64,000 bases of DNA from Vitrella brassicaformis CCMP3155 (Eukaryota > Protista > Chromerida). Below the pieces are notes generated by a model. The model was not told the DNA's origin, made no database searches, and was given only the letters and a program-made list of their open reading frames with translations. A program made the position numbers and the translations under genes. Positions 1-11,749 of this stretch are shown here, piece by piece. Numbering within the stretch: the stretch's first letter is position 1; each line of letters starts with the position of its first letter. Location: NCBI GenBank assembly GCA_001179505.1, contig CDMY01000688.1, forward strand, positions 1 to 64,000. Reading direction: 5' to 3'.

Positions 1-197
1 GCGTGTGTTGGGGTAGATCCCGCCGTGTAATGCCACTGCATGCTGAGAACCCTGAGCACTCCGAACTGTCCCTCCTTCTCGTGAACCGTCCCTCTGGCTC
101 ATTTGTTGCCTTAACGGGCAACGACAGCGATCCTCCACAGCCACTCTCATCTACCGACAGATATGTGTGGGTACTGTAGCCGACATAACGGTCGCTC

Positions 198-3100
198 TGG
201 ATGATAACAACAGAGGCGACCGAACTGGTGAGCTCTGAATGGTTCGGTCGCACCGAGCCTCTCCCTCATTGGTGTCGTTTGTTGCTGCAGCACCTGCTGA
301 TGCGGCCACTCGGCAGGCCCTGGCTGACCCTCGCTCCCTGGCTACTCGCGAGGACCTCGCCCGTTGGTTCGAGCAGTGGGCTGCATGGCGCGTCAGGGAG
401 GGCCAGCTTGAAGACGACCCACATGGTGGTGGGTAAACACATACATAAGACGAGCCGCATTCATGATCAGCCCATCTGCCGTTTGTTTGTCTGTCTGCTC
501 TCATGTGCAGTGGAGTCCGAGTATGTGCATATGATCGGCGAGGGGAGATATCCGGGGTTTAGCGAGGTGGAGCGACAGCAGGTGCGTTTAGCATTGCGTG
601 GCGCCTCGTCGGCTGGCGCATCTGCTGCTGGTACTAGCGCCGCTGCTTCGTCTTCGTCGAGCCAAGTATACCACGGTTGTCCGCAATGGTTCAATGTATC
701 TGTCCACTGTGTGAGTGTCTCCATTCAGCCACCTTACGAGCCCGCTGGGGACCCACCTACCGACGCAGAGCGGGGCCGTGGGGCCTCTCCTGATGCTGAT
801 GTGGTGGTCGACGTGGCTCCTGATGCTGATGCTGAGGTACACAAAAATGAAAAGAAGATCTGACGGTCACCATTGATGTGCCTGGTGCGTATGTGTGCAG
901 TCGGATGAGGCGACTGAAATCGCTGTAGTGCTATGGGGCAACAGCCTCTTGAGAGACCCTGGTAGTCGACACAGCCAGCCAGCCAGCCACCGACCGGCCT
1001 TCCATGGCTTCTTTCTTTCTCTCTGTCTGCCTGTGCACACAGATGAGAGGCGGCGGCGTCAGGGGGCTTCACACACAGCAGCAGACCAAGGCCGCGAGGA
1101 GGTACACCAACAGCCAATAGCGCGGGGGTCCTTGACATATGTCCATCTCCGTGTGTGTCTGTTCAACGACTCTATTGGTCTGCTCAGAGCGCTCCCTCTG
1201 CTGCCCCAGCTGCTGCTGCCGCTGCCGCTGCGGCTGCGACCCACACGATGGCCAGCAGGCCGCATGAGCCTGTGCTCGATGTGGCTGAGGCGATTGACGA
1301 GGCCGCTCTAGTGACGTGGATGAAGGACCTACTAGACAGCCGGGCTCAGGAGAGGAGAGTCCATAGGAGAGCCCATCCCCTTCTGGGTAGGCAGGCAGGC
1401 AGACAGGCAGGCAGGCAGGCAAGACATAGCGGACCAGTGATCTTGTGATCTTCTCTTGTCTGCTTCTCTCTGTCACCTGCATGAACACGCAGAGGCGTTG
1501 CGGAGGGTCAGTGAGGGGAGGATCTCTCCTGCATGGAGCGCAGTCCTGGACGAGCAAGAGCGACTAGAGGTGCGTAGACCAACTTAACATGCAACGAGCG
1601 GTCAGGTGTTGTTCGCTACTCCACTGTCTGCAGGCGGAGAGAGCATCGCAGGCCACCACACAGCCATCCGCCGTGCCAGCATCTGCCCCTGGCCCATCCA
1701 GCGGACCACCACCCGCCACACACACATACACGAAGCCCGTAAGCGCAACGCAACCAGTGCAGCTTGACAACGCTACGGGTCCGTCTCCATGAGTGTGTTT
1801 GTATTTCTGGGTCTATCTGCGTGCCACCTGTTTGTTCAGGGGGTGAGGACTTCTTCTTCTTCTTCTTCTTCTTCTGCCTCTGGCGGCACTGCTGCTGCTG
1901 CTGCTGCCTCGTCGGCGTCAGCTCGAGTACGACACGACAAACACGCACCCCACACAGATCTCCGCTTGTCCATTAACTTTGTTGTGCATTCAGGTTGAGC
2001 CACCTTCCGGACGTCCTGCCGCCCAGATCAATGCCCTGACGGCTCAGCCAATGGGGGCGGCTGGTGCGGCTGCAAATATGTCATCTGGCGAGAGGAATGA
2101 GGCGGCTCACGTACTGGGGGCGCCCCAGGTACATACCGCACTTGACACGCACCATCAGTAGGTAGCTCTCTCAGCCAGAGATCTTGCCATGTGGTGTGTC
2201 CATATATGTGTGGTTCGTCAGGTGGGCTCAGCGGTGCCCGGAGACCACCCTGTCGGCCCTCGGCAGGTGTTCGCGTTGACCCCTCCGTCGGGGGTAAGGT
2301 GGCAGCGAGAGAGGCAGATGAAGCATCGGAGTGCTGCAAACAGTTCCCTTTGCGTGTGTCTCTTTGCGCGTGCCGGCAGATCTCTCACACGACGCCTCTC
2401 CCTGACCTCAGGACACTCACGATGCAGCCCACTGGTGCAGCGCCCTCATCCCGTCCCCCCAGCCCTCCCCTCTTCCAGCCCGCCGACCTCTTCGACCTGT
2501 CATTGCGTCATTGCCCATCAGCAAGATGGCCGCCATGGCCATGTCGACTGACCCCAACAGAGGAGCCGCTCTCCGCTCGCAGATCGTCACTCGCACTCGG
2601 CAACAGGAGCTGCTGGGCCACACTGCGGAGACCATTACCAGCACCCTGCTCAACAGCGTCCAGCAGCACATCGACAAGGCCATCAGGCGTCTCGGGCTGG
2701 CGGACGTGTTGGCCTTCGACATTGAGGATGATCTGGAGGCCGGCTTGAAGGTGGTCTATGTGCTGGAGCGGGGCACTGGCGAGGAGTGGCGGGCAATGGG
2801 TCGGTTCCTTCGGCTGGCCTTCATCTACCGGCTCACCCCTGCTGATGCGACGCGGCCTCTCCGTGTGTCGGCTGACGCGCTGCCCACAGCAGCGGCCTTC
2901 CAACAACTACCACTGGCCATGGCCCTCTACAAGATCATCGGCCACCTGCTGACACACAGGGGGACCAGCCTGGCGCTGCAGCACGGCAATGACGGGATCT
3001 ATTGGATCAAAAATGAGTGGTTTCGCGTGCTGCCGTTGGGTGACTTGCCGGGCGGCCATGGATATGCTGAGGGCTACAAGCGCACCGATCCCGTCATCCG

Positions 3101-3980
3101 ACGGTTCGATTCGTTTCTCTACCCCTCATTCTCGGCATTCCTGCTGGACCATCGGCTCGGATGGTACGTCGTCTGGTGGTTGCCCTAAGAGGGGGTGGTG
3201 GGTCACAAGGAGGTGTTGACGGCGGCCATCACAGAGTTCCGTCGTGACCCACGCTATCAACGACTGCTAAACGATGCCATCACAGAGGATTTGGGCATCG
3301 CTGTCGACAATCACAGGCTCTATCGCAATCTGAATGGAGGATGTACGGACCTTGGGACCGACGATCGTCATGTGATTGTCAGCGGTTTCCGGCCCAACGA
3401 TACCGTCGCTGCCCACCTGATTATAGGTTACTTCCATATCAACCTGCTGACGACCGAGGCACCTGTGGCTGATCGGTCTCAGCCGCTCGACCGCTACCCA
3501 CTGAGTCGCTACCCTGTGTCGATTGGCGCCGCCCGCCGTCTGCTGCGGTGGTTGGAGTTCGAGAGTGTCATCATCGACAGGGGGATTGTGGTGAGGTGAG
3601 TGGTGTCGGCTGGCGGTTGGGGTGTTGTTGGTGGTTTTGACGTGTCGCACACCACACCCCTCAGCCAGTGCCACACGTCCCCCCTGGCCAATTTCCCCTT
3701 CCCACCACAGCACCCCCCATTCGTACCTCCCTACCCGCCGCCCCCTGCAGCCGTCGTCTATCCGCCGGCTGCTGGACCGGCGCACCGGCCATCGATGCCG
3801 CTGGCGGCACAGCACACACTGCATCCTGCGCTGCGGCCACTTTTGGCACCGGCTGATTTCCGAGGAGGGCGTCCTCCGCACCCACCAGGTGGCCAGCCGC
3901 ATGGCCACCAGCAGCACCAGGGCGCGGAGGGCCGGGCCAGTGAGGCACCAGGGGCGATGGCGAATGGATGGCGGACATAG
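198..3980 (+). pseudogene. Mosaic lineage-specific family copy A (scaffold exons + unknown-domain cassette + Pro-rich tail), disrupted
   Basis: Exons match the minus-strand paralog at 19.3-22.4 kb (AAAPxDAAxRQALADP; MIxEGRYPGF; SRPPSPPLxQPAxLFDLSLPISKMAAMA...VIDRG). An 8-bp duplication at 2499-2514 shifts the frame. TAA at 3186-3188 interrupts the frame that resumes at 3195. The ATG used by the paralogs appears as ctcTGGAT here. Confidence 0.75.
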
Positions 3981-4019
3981 CAGCGATGGAACGGAGAGAG
4001 GGAGGGAGGGAGGGAGAGA

Positions 4020-4284
4020 GAGAGGGATGGAGAGGTGGGCGGCACAGACAGATAGCATCTTCGGCACCTGTTTGTGTACGTGAGCGGACAGACAGACAGA
4101 CGGGGAGGGGGCACAGAGGGACTTAGCACTCAGACATACCGACATGAGTAGGGGCAGAGGCGCTTTCATCCATCCACTTGGATGGTCTGTGCAGTCAGTG
4201 AATTGCCTGTGTGTGTCTGTCTGAGTGGCCGGCGGGGATTGACTTAAGTAGCTGCCTGATTGACTCATGACTGACGACGCCCCT
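4020..4284 (+). repeat. 3' UTR segment shared (inverted) with ~18962-19240
   Basis: catccacttggatggtctgtgcagtcagtgaat and ctgacgacgcccct are the reverse complement of sequence at 18962-19140; similarity stops at gacgacgcccct. Confidence 0.85.
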
Positions 4285-4517
4285 TCGGTGCCATAGAGGT
4301 GTGCATAGCGTCGATGGAACTCGTGTCTGCGATGAATGTGCGACTCACTGTCTCTCGTCAGTGGCAGACACAACCAGACACCGTGATCTCATTTTGCAAT
4401 GTGCAACGGCGTGCCGTGGCTCTGTGTGCATGAGGTCGCCCCTGCCGGCTGAGCTCGCAAACTGCGGATCTCCTCCTTCGAACTCGGAAGAGTGGCAGCT
4501 GTTGGCAAAAAAGCCTC

Positions 4518-7500
4518 ATGGGCGACATCGGCTCTCACGGGCAAGCAACGGCCGTCAAGCAGGAGGGCGAGCGGCTGCCGGTCATCGAGTTCCTCTCGCC
4601 CATCGAGCTGGGAAGGCACTTGGCCCTCCGATTCCTCGCCTTCGCCAAGAGCAAGCCGCGCGGTGTGATAGCGCTGCCCACCGGCAAAACGCCCGAAATG
4701 TTTATCAAGTTCCTCACGCTGTACCGGGACGAGTGGGGCAGCAAGGCGGTCGAGGAAGATTTCCGGCAGGGCGGGCTCGCCTCGCTGATGGGCGGGCCCT
4801 TCCCGGACACATCCGAACTGACATTCGTACAGCTGGTAAGCCATTGCAATTAACGCGTCGTCACCACACGTACATCTCGCCTCCAGTCAGTCAGTCGATT
4901 GATTGTGTCTGTCGTGCTGTGGTGTCTGTGTGTGTACTGATCAGGACGAGTTTTTCCCCATTCTGCCCAGCCACAAGAACGCCTTCACCCACTACGTCCG
5001 CGAGCGGTACATGCCCCTCCTCGGCATTCCTGAGTCACGCTTCATCCACATGGACCTCATCGCAGCTGGCGTCATCACGGCCAACGACATTCACGACCTG
5101 TTTCCCGACGGCAAAGCCGACATCTCCCTCCTCTCGCGCGACCCCGTCAGCGAGGTGGAGAAGGAGCGTGCTGCAGCGCTGAAGCGTGTAGCTGAGTTCT
5201 GCCAAAAGTTTGACGAGCGGGTGCGGTCGCTGGGCGGTATCGATTTCTTTCTCGGAGGCATCGGGCCGGACGGTGAGTAGTCGACAAAGACAGACGCTAG
5301 TTCTCCACCACACAAAGGACATTCATGTGTGTCTGTCGTGTGTGTGCTGATGGATCAGGTCACATCGCCTTCAACATGCCTGGCAGCGGTCACGACAGCA
5401 CCACCCGTCTGGTGAGGCTCAACTACCCCACAGCGGCCCAGGCGGCAGTGGACCTGGGAGGCATCGAGTACGCCCGGGACAAGCTGGCCATGACGCTGGG
5501 GCTGGGCACCATCTGCAGCAAGAGGGACAGCATCATCATCATCGCCGCCGTGGGAGAGGGCAAGGCAAAGGTCAGTCAAGTTAGAGTCAAACTGACTCTA
5601 ACTGATGGACGTTTGTGTGTAGGTGGTTCGCGACGCCCTGTTGAGTCATGTGAGTGAGGACGTGCCAGCGACAGCCTTCCACTCCCACACAGGTATGACT
5701 GACACAGCCACTCACCGCCACTCAGCCAGCCGTGTGCAATCCATCCGTGTGCACACTGGATGCCTGTTGGTTCAGGGTGTGTGTTGTATGTGTCTCGCGG
5801 AGCTGTCAAGGAGCTGCCGAACAGAAGAGCCATTCACCTGCAAAGGTCAAACCAGTCATCCGCTTGTCCAACATCGTGGATACATTTGTGTGTGTGTGTG
5901 TGTGTGTGTGGCGTTGCAGGCAGCTGGACGACTGCGCGTCATGTGGTGAGTCGGTCGATTCAGTGCGCGACAGGGTCATCGACGAGGGCTTCATCAATAC
6001 GGCCCTCCAACAGCGCTGCTCCATCGAATCGCTGCGGCAAGAGCACCTCCAGTCCACACCCACAGGTGTGCAACGATCACACACGAGTAACAAAGGAATC
6101 GGCACACAGGCATTCTGTCGATTGACGTACGTGTCAGGTCGGCTGGCTCTCCGCACAGTGGATGCCTGCGGTCCCCTCTCGGCCCCCTCGTCGGCCTGGC
6201 CGCCGAGCGAGGAGTCGTCGCGTCGGCTGATGTCCAAGCTCGACAGGGGGCTGGCCACGCTCAAAGGCATCCCCGCATTCAGGAGCAGCTACCGAGGCAA
6301 GAGAGGCGACGAGATGGTTGGTGGTGTAGGGGCTGAGGAGGTTGTGTTTCTGCACACCGCGCCGCACCATGACGACATCATGCTGTCGTACCATCCGCTG
6401 ATGAAGGTCTTCCTGTCACTCCCCAACTACCATCACCATTTCGCGTACCTCACCAGCGGATTCCACTCAGGTAATCCACTCCCAACAGCACCCACATCCA
6501 CGTAGGCAGACGAATCGTGTGCTCATGTCTATTCTCTCTCTTTGTGTTCAGTGAGTGACTCCTACATGCTGTCGACTCTCGCCCGTGCCTTCAACTGTGA
6601 TGGCGGCGTCGACCGGTTCATCGCGAATGCGTCGGCTCTCATCTTCAGAGCGCCCTATGACGAGGTACTGCAGCGATTCACGGCCGCTCAGCAGCGAAAG
6701 GACAATGACACAATGGGCCACATCGAAACGGTCAGGGAATGTCGGGGGGACAGACAGACAGGCAGATGCGAGCGGATATGTAATGCGTTGGTGTGCAGGT
6801 GTTAATGCTGCGTCAAGTTGTGGCCATATGGGATGCCACGGATGCGGCAGCACTCGCTCAGGTGGCGCGTCGTCTGCATGAGAAGGTGTTGCCGTCGCAC
6901 ATGCCTGGCGACGCTTTGAGCCGTGAGCTGCAGCTCCTCAAGGGCGGCATGAGAGAAACCGAAGTCGACAGGTGCGTCCCACACGCACCATTACATAGAC
7001 ATACATCTGGTTTGACGCGTGCATCTTGGTGTCTTGTTGTGCCTGTAGGATGTGGGCATTGCGTGGCGTGTCAAGTGACCGGACGCGCCATCTGCGCAGC
7101 AAGTTCTACACCGACGACTACTTCACGCCCCTGCCCACGCTCGATGACGACGCCATGCCACTCGCAAAACTGATACAGGTCACACACAACACTGTATCTC
7201 CTCCCTAATGGCGCCCACTGCCTCTCTCCACTGTTTGTGTGTACAGGAGTGCAATCCCGAGGTCATCACCGTTGCACTCGACCCTGAGGGCACCGGGCCT
7301 GATACCCACTACAAAGTTCTGCAGGCAAGCGTGGCGACCATATACACACGTCCAGTGCACATCCACGTCCGCTGCGACCGGCTGCAGGTGGTGGCAGAGG
7401 CGGTGCGGTACGTGTCGGCTGAGCGTGCGTCTCGGGGCGTGTCGTGGAGTCCGTCGATATGGGGGTACCGCAATGTGTGGCACCGGTTCGACATGTGGGA

Positions 7501-8041
7501 CGCCAACCTCATCTTCCCAACCGACCAACAGCTGCTGCACGAGATGAACGACGCATTCCTCTCATGCTTCTCCACACAAAAGGTCAGACACGGCCCACCG
7601 GCACACACCACTGTGTGCTGAATCGTGTGTGTGCGTGTGAGTGTGCAGGCAGCGTCTTTTCCGTCGCCCTACTATGACGGGCCTTTCAGCAAATGGGGCG
7701 AGGTAAACCGAACGCTCACGTGACGGCACACAATGCGCTGAGACGCATGCTTGCTGGTGTCTGTCTGTGTCAGGCCATCCAGCGTGAGCAGTTGGCCGAT
7801 CTGAAGACTCTCCTGGGCCCATCATACGCCACCAACCACCCAGTACCGGCACACACACGGACACTGTCATGTGTGCTGTGGATGGATGCGTCGTCCCCCT
7901 GCGTCTCCATGTGTGCAGGATGCCCTGGTCAGTGGGGCTAGTGGCTGCATCCTGCTCAAGGAGATGACGGCACAGGAGTTCCTTCGAGAGGCCCGAGAAC
8001 TCAAAGACCGCCTCCTCACCTATCACAACAACCGCAGCTAG
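4518..8041 (+). CDS. nagB: Long-form glucosamine-6-phosphate deaminase fused to an LmbE/PIG-L-like deacetylase domain (multi-exon)
   Basis: NagB motifs ALPTGKTP, DEFF and GGIGPDG/HIAFNMPGS across spliced exons. C-terminal half has HTAPHHDDIML, DPEGTGPDTHYKV, IWGYRNVW and FPSPYYDGPFS. Stop TAG at 8039-8041. Confidence 0.88.
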
Positions 8042-8529
8042 ATGGTCTTCGGTGGTGTTGACTTTCTGGTGCCGCTGGGCGGGCTGGTGGCAGACTGAAG
8101 TGTGTCTGTGACGATATCGATGTCGCCGATTTTGGTTGTGCATTGGCGTTTTTTCTGCATTTAGTACTGTCTGCATTGTGCGTTCTGGATTATACAGCAA
8201 TAGGTCGTGGGGGGTGGGATGGTGCGTTCAATGGGGCAAGTTCTGTGGGCAGGTTCTGCTCGTTTGTGTGGGTAGGCGGCTGAGCTGCACTTTTTCTAGT
8301 GTCGAGGGGGAAGACACAACGCTCTTAATCAACAGCTTTGCTGCCGTGATGAGCACACGTACCAGGTCCAAACGCACATGCACCACCCAGTGCTTCATGA
8401 ACAGCTGAAGCCGACACGTTAATATCGATTGACATCTCAACACCCAACACCTTGAATCCCTATCAGCGAAGAGGCCTTCCTTGCTTGTTCCCTGGAGTGG
8501 ACGCTCACAGCCCTCTCCCTCTCCCTCAG

Positions 8530-10176
8530 TCAGCGACCTCCTCTGCCGGCCGTCGCTCCCCCGGACTGGCTGCTGCTAGCGATGGTCGGTGGTCTTGTCC
8601 GAATGATTCCACTCATGAATTGGCCCACCCAGTTCCGCAATCCTCTGGTCTCCCGCTCTGTCACACGCTGGGCTGCCCACTCTTGGTAGCTGAGCCTCGG
8701 ACCTCCAAATACTTCAGCGAAGCGTCGAATGGGGCTCCCGCAGCTGGACTGCTGGGGGCTGTTTGTGCAATCCAGCCGAAATATCGTTGAGGGGTCGTCG
8801 GCAAGAGGGTCGTCAACATAGTCCAATCCAAAGAGCCCCTCCATCGCCAGCTCGACCTCGAGGACTCTGCTGGTTGTGATGGCCTGCAGCTGGCTGGCCA
8901 CTTGTGTGGCGGTGGGGCGCAAGGCGGGGTCTAGGTGGAGCATGCTGGTCAGCAGAAGCCGAAGGGGAGCGGGAATGAATGAAGGCAGAGGCAGCAGGGG
9001 ATGGCGATTCTCTGCATTCACAGACAAACCAGAGAGATGGAAGTATGAGAATGGGTGAGCCCTCTTGACGCGACGTTTCTTACTGGTCCGCTGTTGACGT
9101 CGGAAGAGGTCTTGCAGAATCCGGCCACAAACATCGACATCGGCAGCCCTGCCCACAAATTCTCCTCTGCCCTCCCTCTGGGCAAAGTCAAGCCCCCCCA
9201 GCAGCAGCCTCTTGCCGTCCTTCGACAGCTTGATGGCATCTGCCGTCAAATAGCCATGAGCTATGCCCTGAAAGCACACACAAAAAGATCGAAACAAGTG
9301 TAATGTCTTCACTTCTCTCTCCCTTCCCCTCTGTCCACCCATGGCTTACGCTCTTGTGCATGTGGGCCACGGAGTCGATGAGTTGTGTCGCGATGCTCAT
9401 GGCGAGTGGAAGCCCGACAGCTCGGCCGTTGTGGCGGCCGATGAAGGCCTCTAGGGACTCCGAGTCCGCCATGTACTCCATGACGAGAACAGGCTGGCCG
9501 AGCTCCTGGTAAGCCCCTACCAGGCCGGCAATGTTGGGGTGCTCCCCCATCTCCAGAAGCAGCGACAGCATCTAAAGCAGGCAACACAACACAAAGGACA
9601 TAGAACTGATTGGGAGAAGGCTCTTTTTTGATGCCTCACTATGCACAGCCGGCTACCTCTGTCGCACTGTTGCGGCCGCCCACGTTCCTGCCGTCGACCT
9701 GGCGGTAGACCGTCATCTCGACGGTTTCCCTGCACACAGACATTAACACGCATCCAACAGACACATACGTCGTCCACATGAATGCGGTCTCTGTGTGCAC
9801 CGGATCTTCCTCACCGCAGGTTGCCGGGCCTGCTCATGAGGCCCACCATCTTGGACGTCCATCCCTGGTCGTCGTCGATGGCGGGCTGGGCAGGCAGCGG
9901 CATCACCTGCTGGGGCTCGAAGGGCGGCAGGAGGGCTCGGTGGGTGGCCAAAAAGTGGCCGAAGCCTGGACACACAGACACATGGACGAGGATACGAGCG
10001 TGATCCATCTCCATTCCTTCCCTGTTTGACTTACCCCTCGATGCGGGGCTGCCCTCTTGTGGATTGTGGGGGAGGGGGATGGAGGGGAGGGGGCTGGGGA
10101 GGGGGGGAAGCACTGGGGGCGAGAGGGGCGCGAGGTCCTCTGCCTCGAGGACGGCGGGAGCTGTTCGGCTCGTCAT
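8530..10176 (-). CDS. Protein kinase-like protein, predicted pseudokinase (multi-exon)
   Basis: HPNIAGLVGAY, LVMEYM, LAMSIATQLIDSVAHMH, GIAHGYLTADAIKL and LLTSMLHLDPALRPTATQV follow kinase subdomains IV-XI. The catalytic HRD and DFG motifs are replaced. Start codon is tentative. Confidence 0.8.
9809..9975 (-). repeat. 167-bp exon duplicated at 13754-13920
   Basis: Direct comparison shows the same length and about four substitutions. Confidence 0.95.
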
Positions 10177-10464
10177 TGTGGTTTTGTGGAGACGGAGGGG
10201 GCAGCCTGTCCCCACAACGGTCGCAGATCTCCGAGTCCAAGTTAGATCTGCCAATGCGCGTGCTGTTCGCGCATTCTGTGTGTGTCTTTCCAATAAGACT
10301 TGGTCAGCCGATTCTAAGATGGTCGTACGGATGAGTCACTGTCGGGTTATCCACTGTCGGGGTGTTTGACCTGTATCAGGCCCACATTGACTGACAGCCA
10401 ACAAATACGTCTCCAACGGACACAGGAAGAGACAACACACACACACGGCCTCCTGACGTCCCTC

Positions 10465-11400
10465 TCACAACATGATGCACGACGTGGAAAAAGCGACACC
10501 ATGATATAAAATGTAGAAGACGATAAGAGGCTGGCTAGAACGATAACAGGTTTGTCTCTCTGTCTGTCTATCTATCGGACTCGTATGTGCACCCGCAAGC
10601 GACCACACTCCCCTCCGGTGGAAACGCGGGCGGCACCATAGAGACACACAAACTATGTCGGATATAAAATGTAGGCAGTGATAGGAGACACGCTCGCTGG
10701 GGGCTACGCTTGCAGCTGCAGCCGCCTCCCGAACTGCACGATGGCTTCTCGATGCCGCTGACAGAACTCTTTTCTGCGACCGGTCCCGTATCGGCCGCAC
10801 CGCAGGATGCAGCGGGTGCTGTGCCGTCACTCAAACGCTTTCAGCAGAGAGATCTTCAACTCCCAGTGCCCATCTAATCCCTGGGGCAGCGTGCTCACAT
10901 CCCCTGCCCCGTCCACCCCACCGTGTCGGTCTTTCTGAGTCCGATGAAGTAGTCACCGTCGTGCAAGCCGTCCCTGGGCACGAGGCACATGCCGTCTTCG
11001 AGACAGAAGAGCTCCAGGATGCTCGCCTGGTCCTCGGCAGTCGTGGGAGTGGCCAGGTGCGCCTTCTCGCCCTCACAGATGGCCTCTCGCCCTCACAGAT
11101 GCACCAGCTTCAGAATCCTCAACCAGCTTCACAGATTGGCTGACACCTGGCCTGTCCTGGACGTCGCCTTCTGCAGCATGTTGAGGATGCCCCATATCAT
11201 TTGCTTCGACACTAGCCACCTCAACAGCTGTGCCCTATGCGCAGCCGGACATGCGACAAGCCCATCTCGTCGCTGGTCACCATGCGGCCCCCCACGAGCC
11301 ACCGCTGGACGAGAAGGCAACCAGTGGGTTGAGAACTCCCGCTCATGCACCATGGACCGCTGCTGCTCGTCACTGCCGCGAAGACGTCAGCCATTCCGTC
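10465..11400 (-). pseudogene. Degenerate fragment of the mosaic family next to an assembly gap
   Basis: TAQHPLHPAVRPIRDRSQ combines tail motifs of the other copies (AQHTLHPALRP, AQPPLYPAVRP, ARDRSQ). No continuous ORF upstream. Confidence 0.4.
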
Positions 11401-11431
11401 ACCTACGCACCCCCCCCCCCCCCCCCCCCCC

Positions 11432-11731
11432 NNNNNNNNNNNNNNNNNNNNNNNNNNNNNNNNNNNNNNNNNNNNNNNNNNNNNNNNNNNNNNNNNNNNN
11501 NNNNNNNNNNNNNNNNNNNNNNNNNNNNNNNNNNNNNNNNNNNNNNNNNNNNNNNNNNNNNNNNNNNNNNNNNNNNNNNNNNNNNNNNNNNNNNNNNNNN
11601 NNNNNNNNNNNNNNNNNNNNNNNNNNNNNNNNNNNNNNNNNNNNNNNNNNNNNNNNNNNNNNNNNNNNNNNNNNNNNNNNNNNNNNNNNNNNNNNNNNNN
11701 NNNNNNNNNNNNNNNNNNNNNNNNNNNNNNN
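11432..11731. other. Assembly gap (300 N) preceded by a poly-C run
   Basis: Seen directly. Confidence 0.99.
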
Positions 11732-11749
11732 TGCTGAGGGCCGAAGCCC

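Noticed and set aside
3186-3188. Programmed stop-codon readthrough or an alternative genetic code
   Set aside because: TAA ends other genes normally (e.g. hom at 24641-24643), and the same copy also has a frameshift, so decay is the simpler explanation.
3267-4373. 368-aa minus-strand ORF and similar long antisense ORFs (e.g. 19320-20066, 40732-41688, 59948-60748)
   Set aside because: These are shadows of GC-rich coding exons or microsatellites, with no recognisable motifs.
11065-11101. 20-bp-period tandem duplication (tctcgccctcacagatg x2)
   Set aside because: An isolated slippage-type duplication inside a degenerate fragment, with no further structure.
11410-11731. Long ORFs spanning poly-C and N runs; possible G-quadruplex
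   Set aside because: The ORFs stay open only because N codons contain no stops. Homopolymers at gap edges are typical assembly break points. The same applies at 27312-27638.
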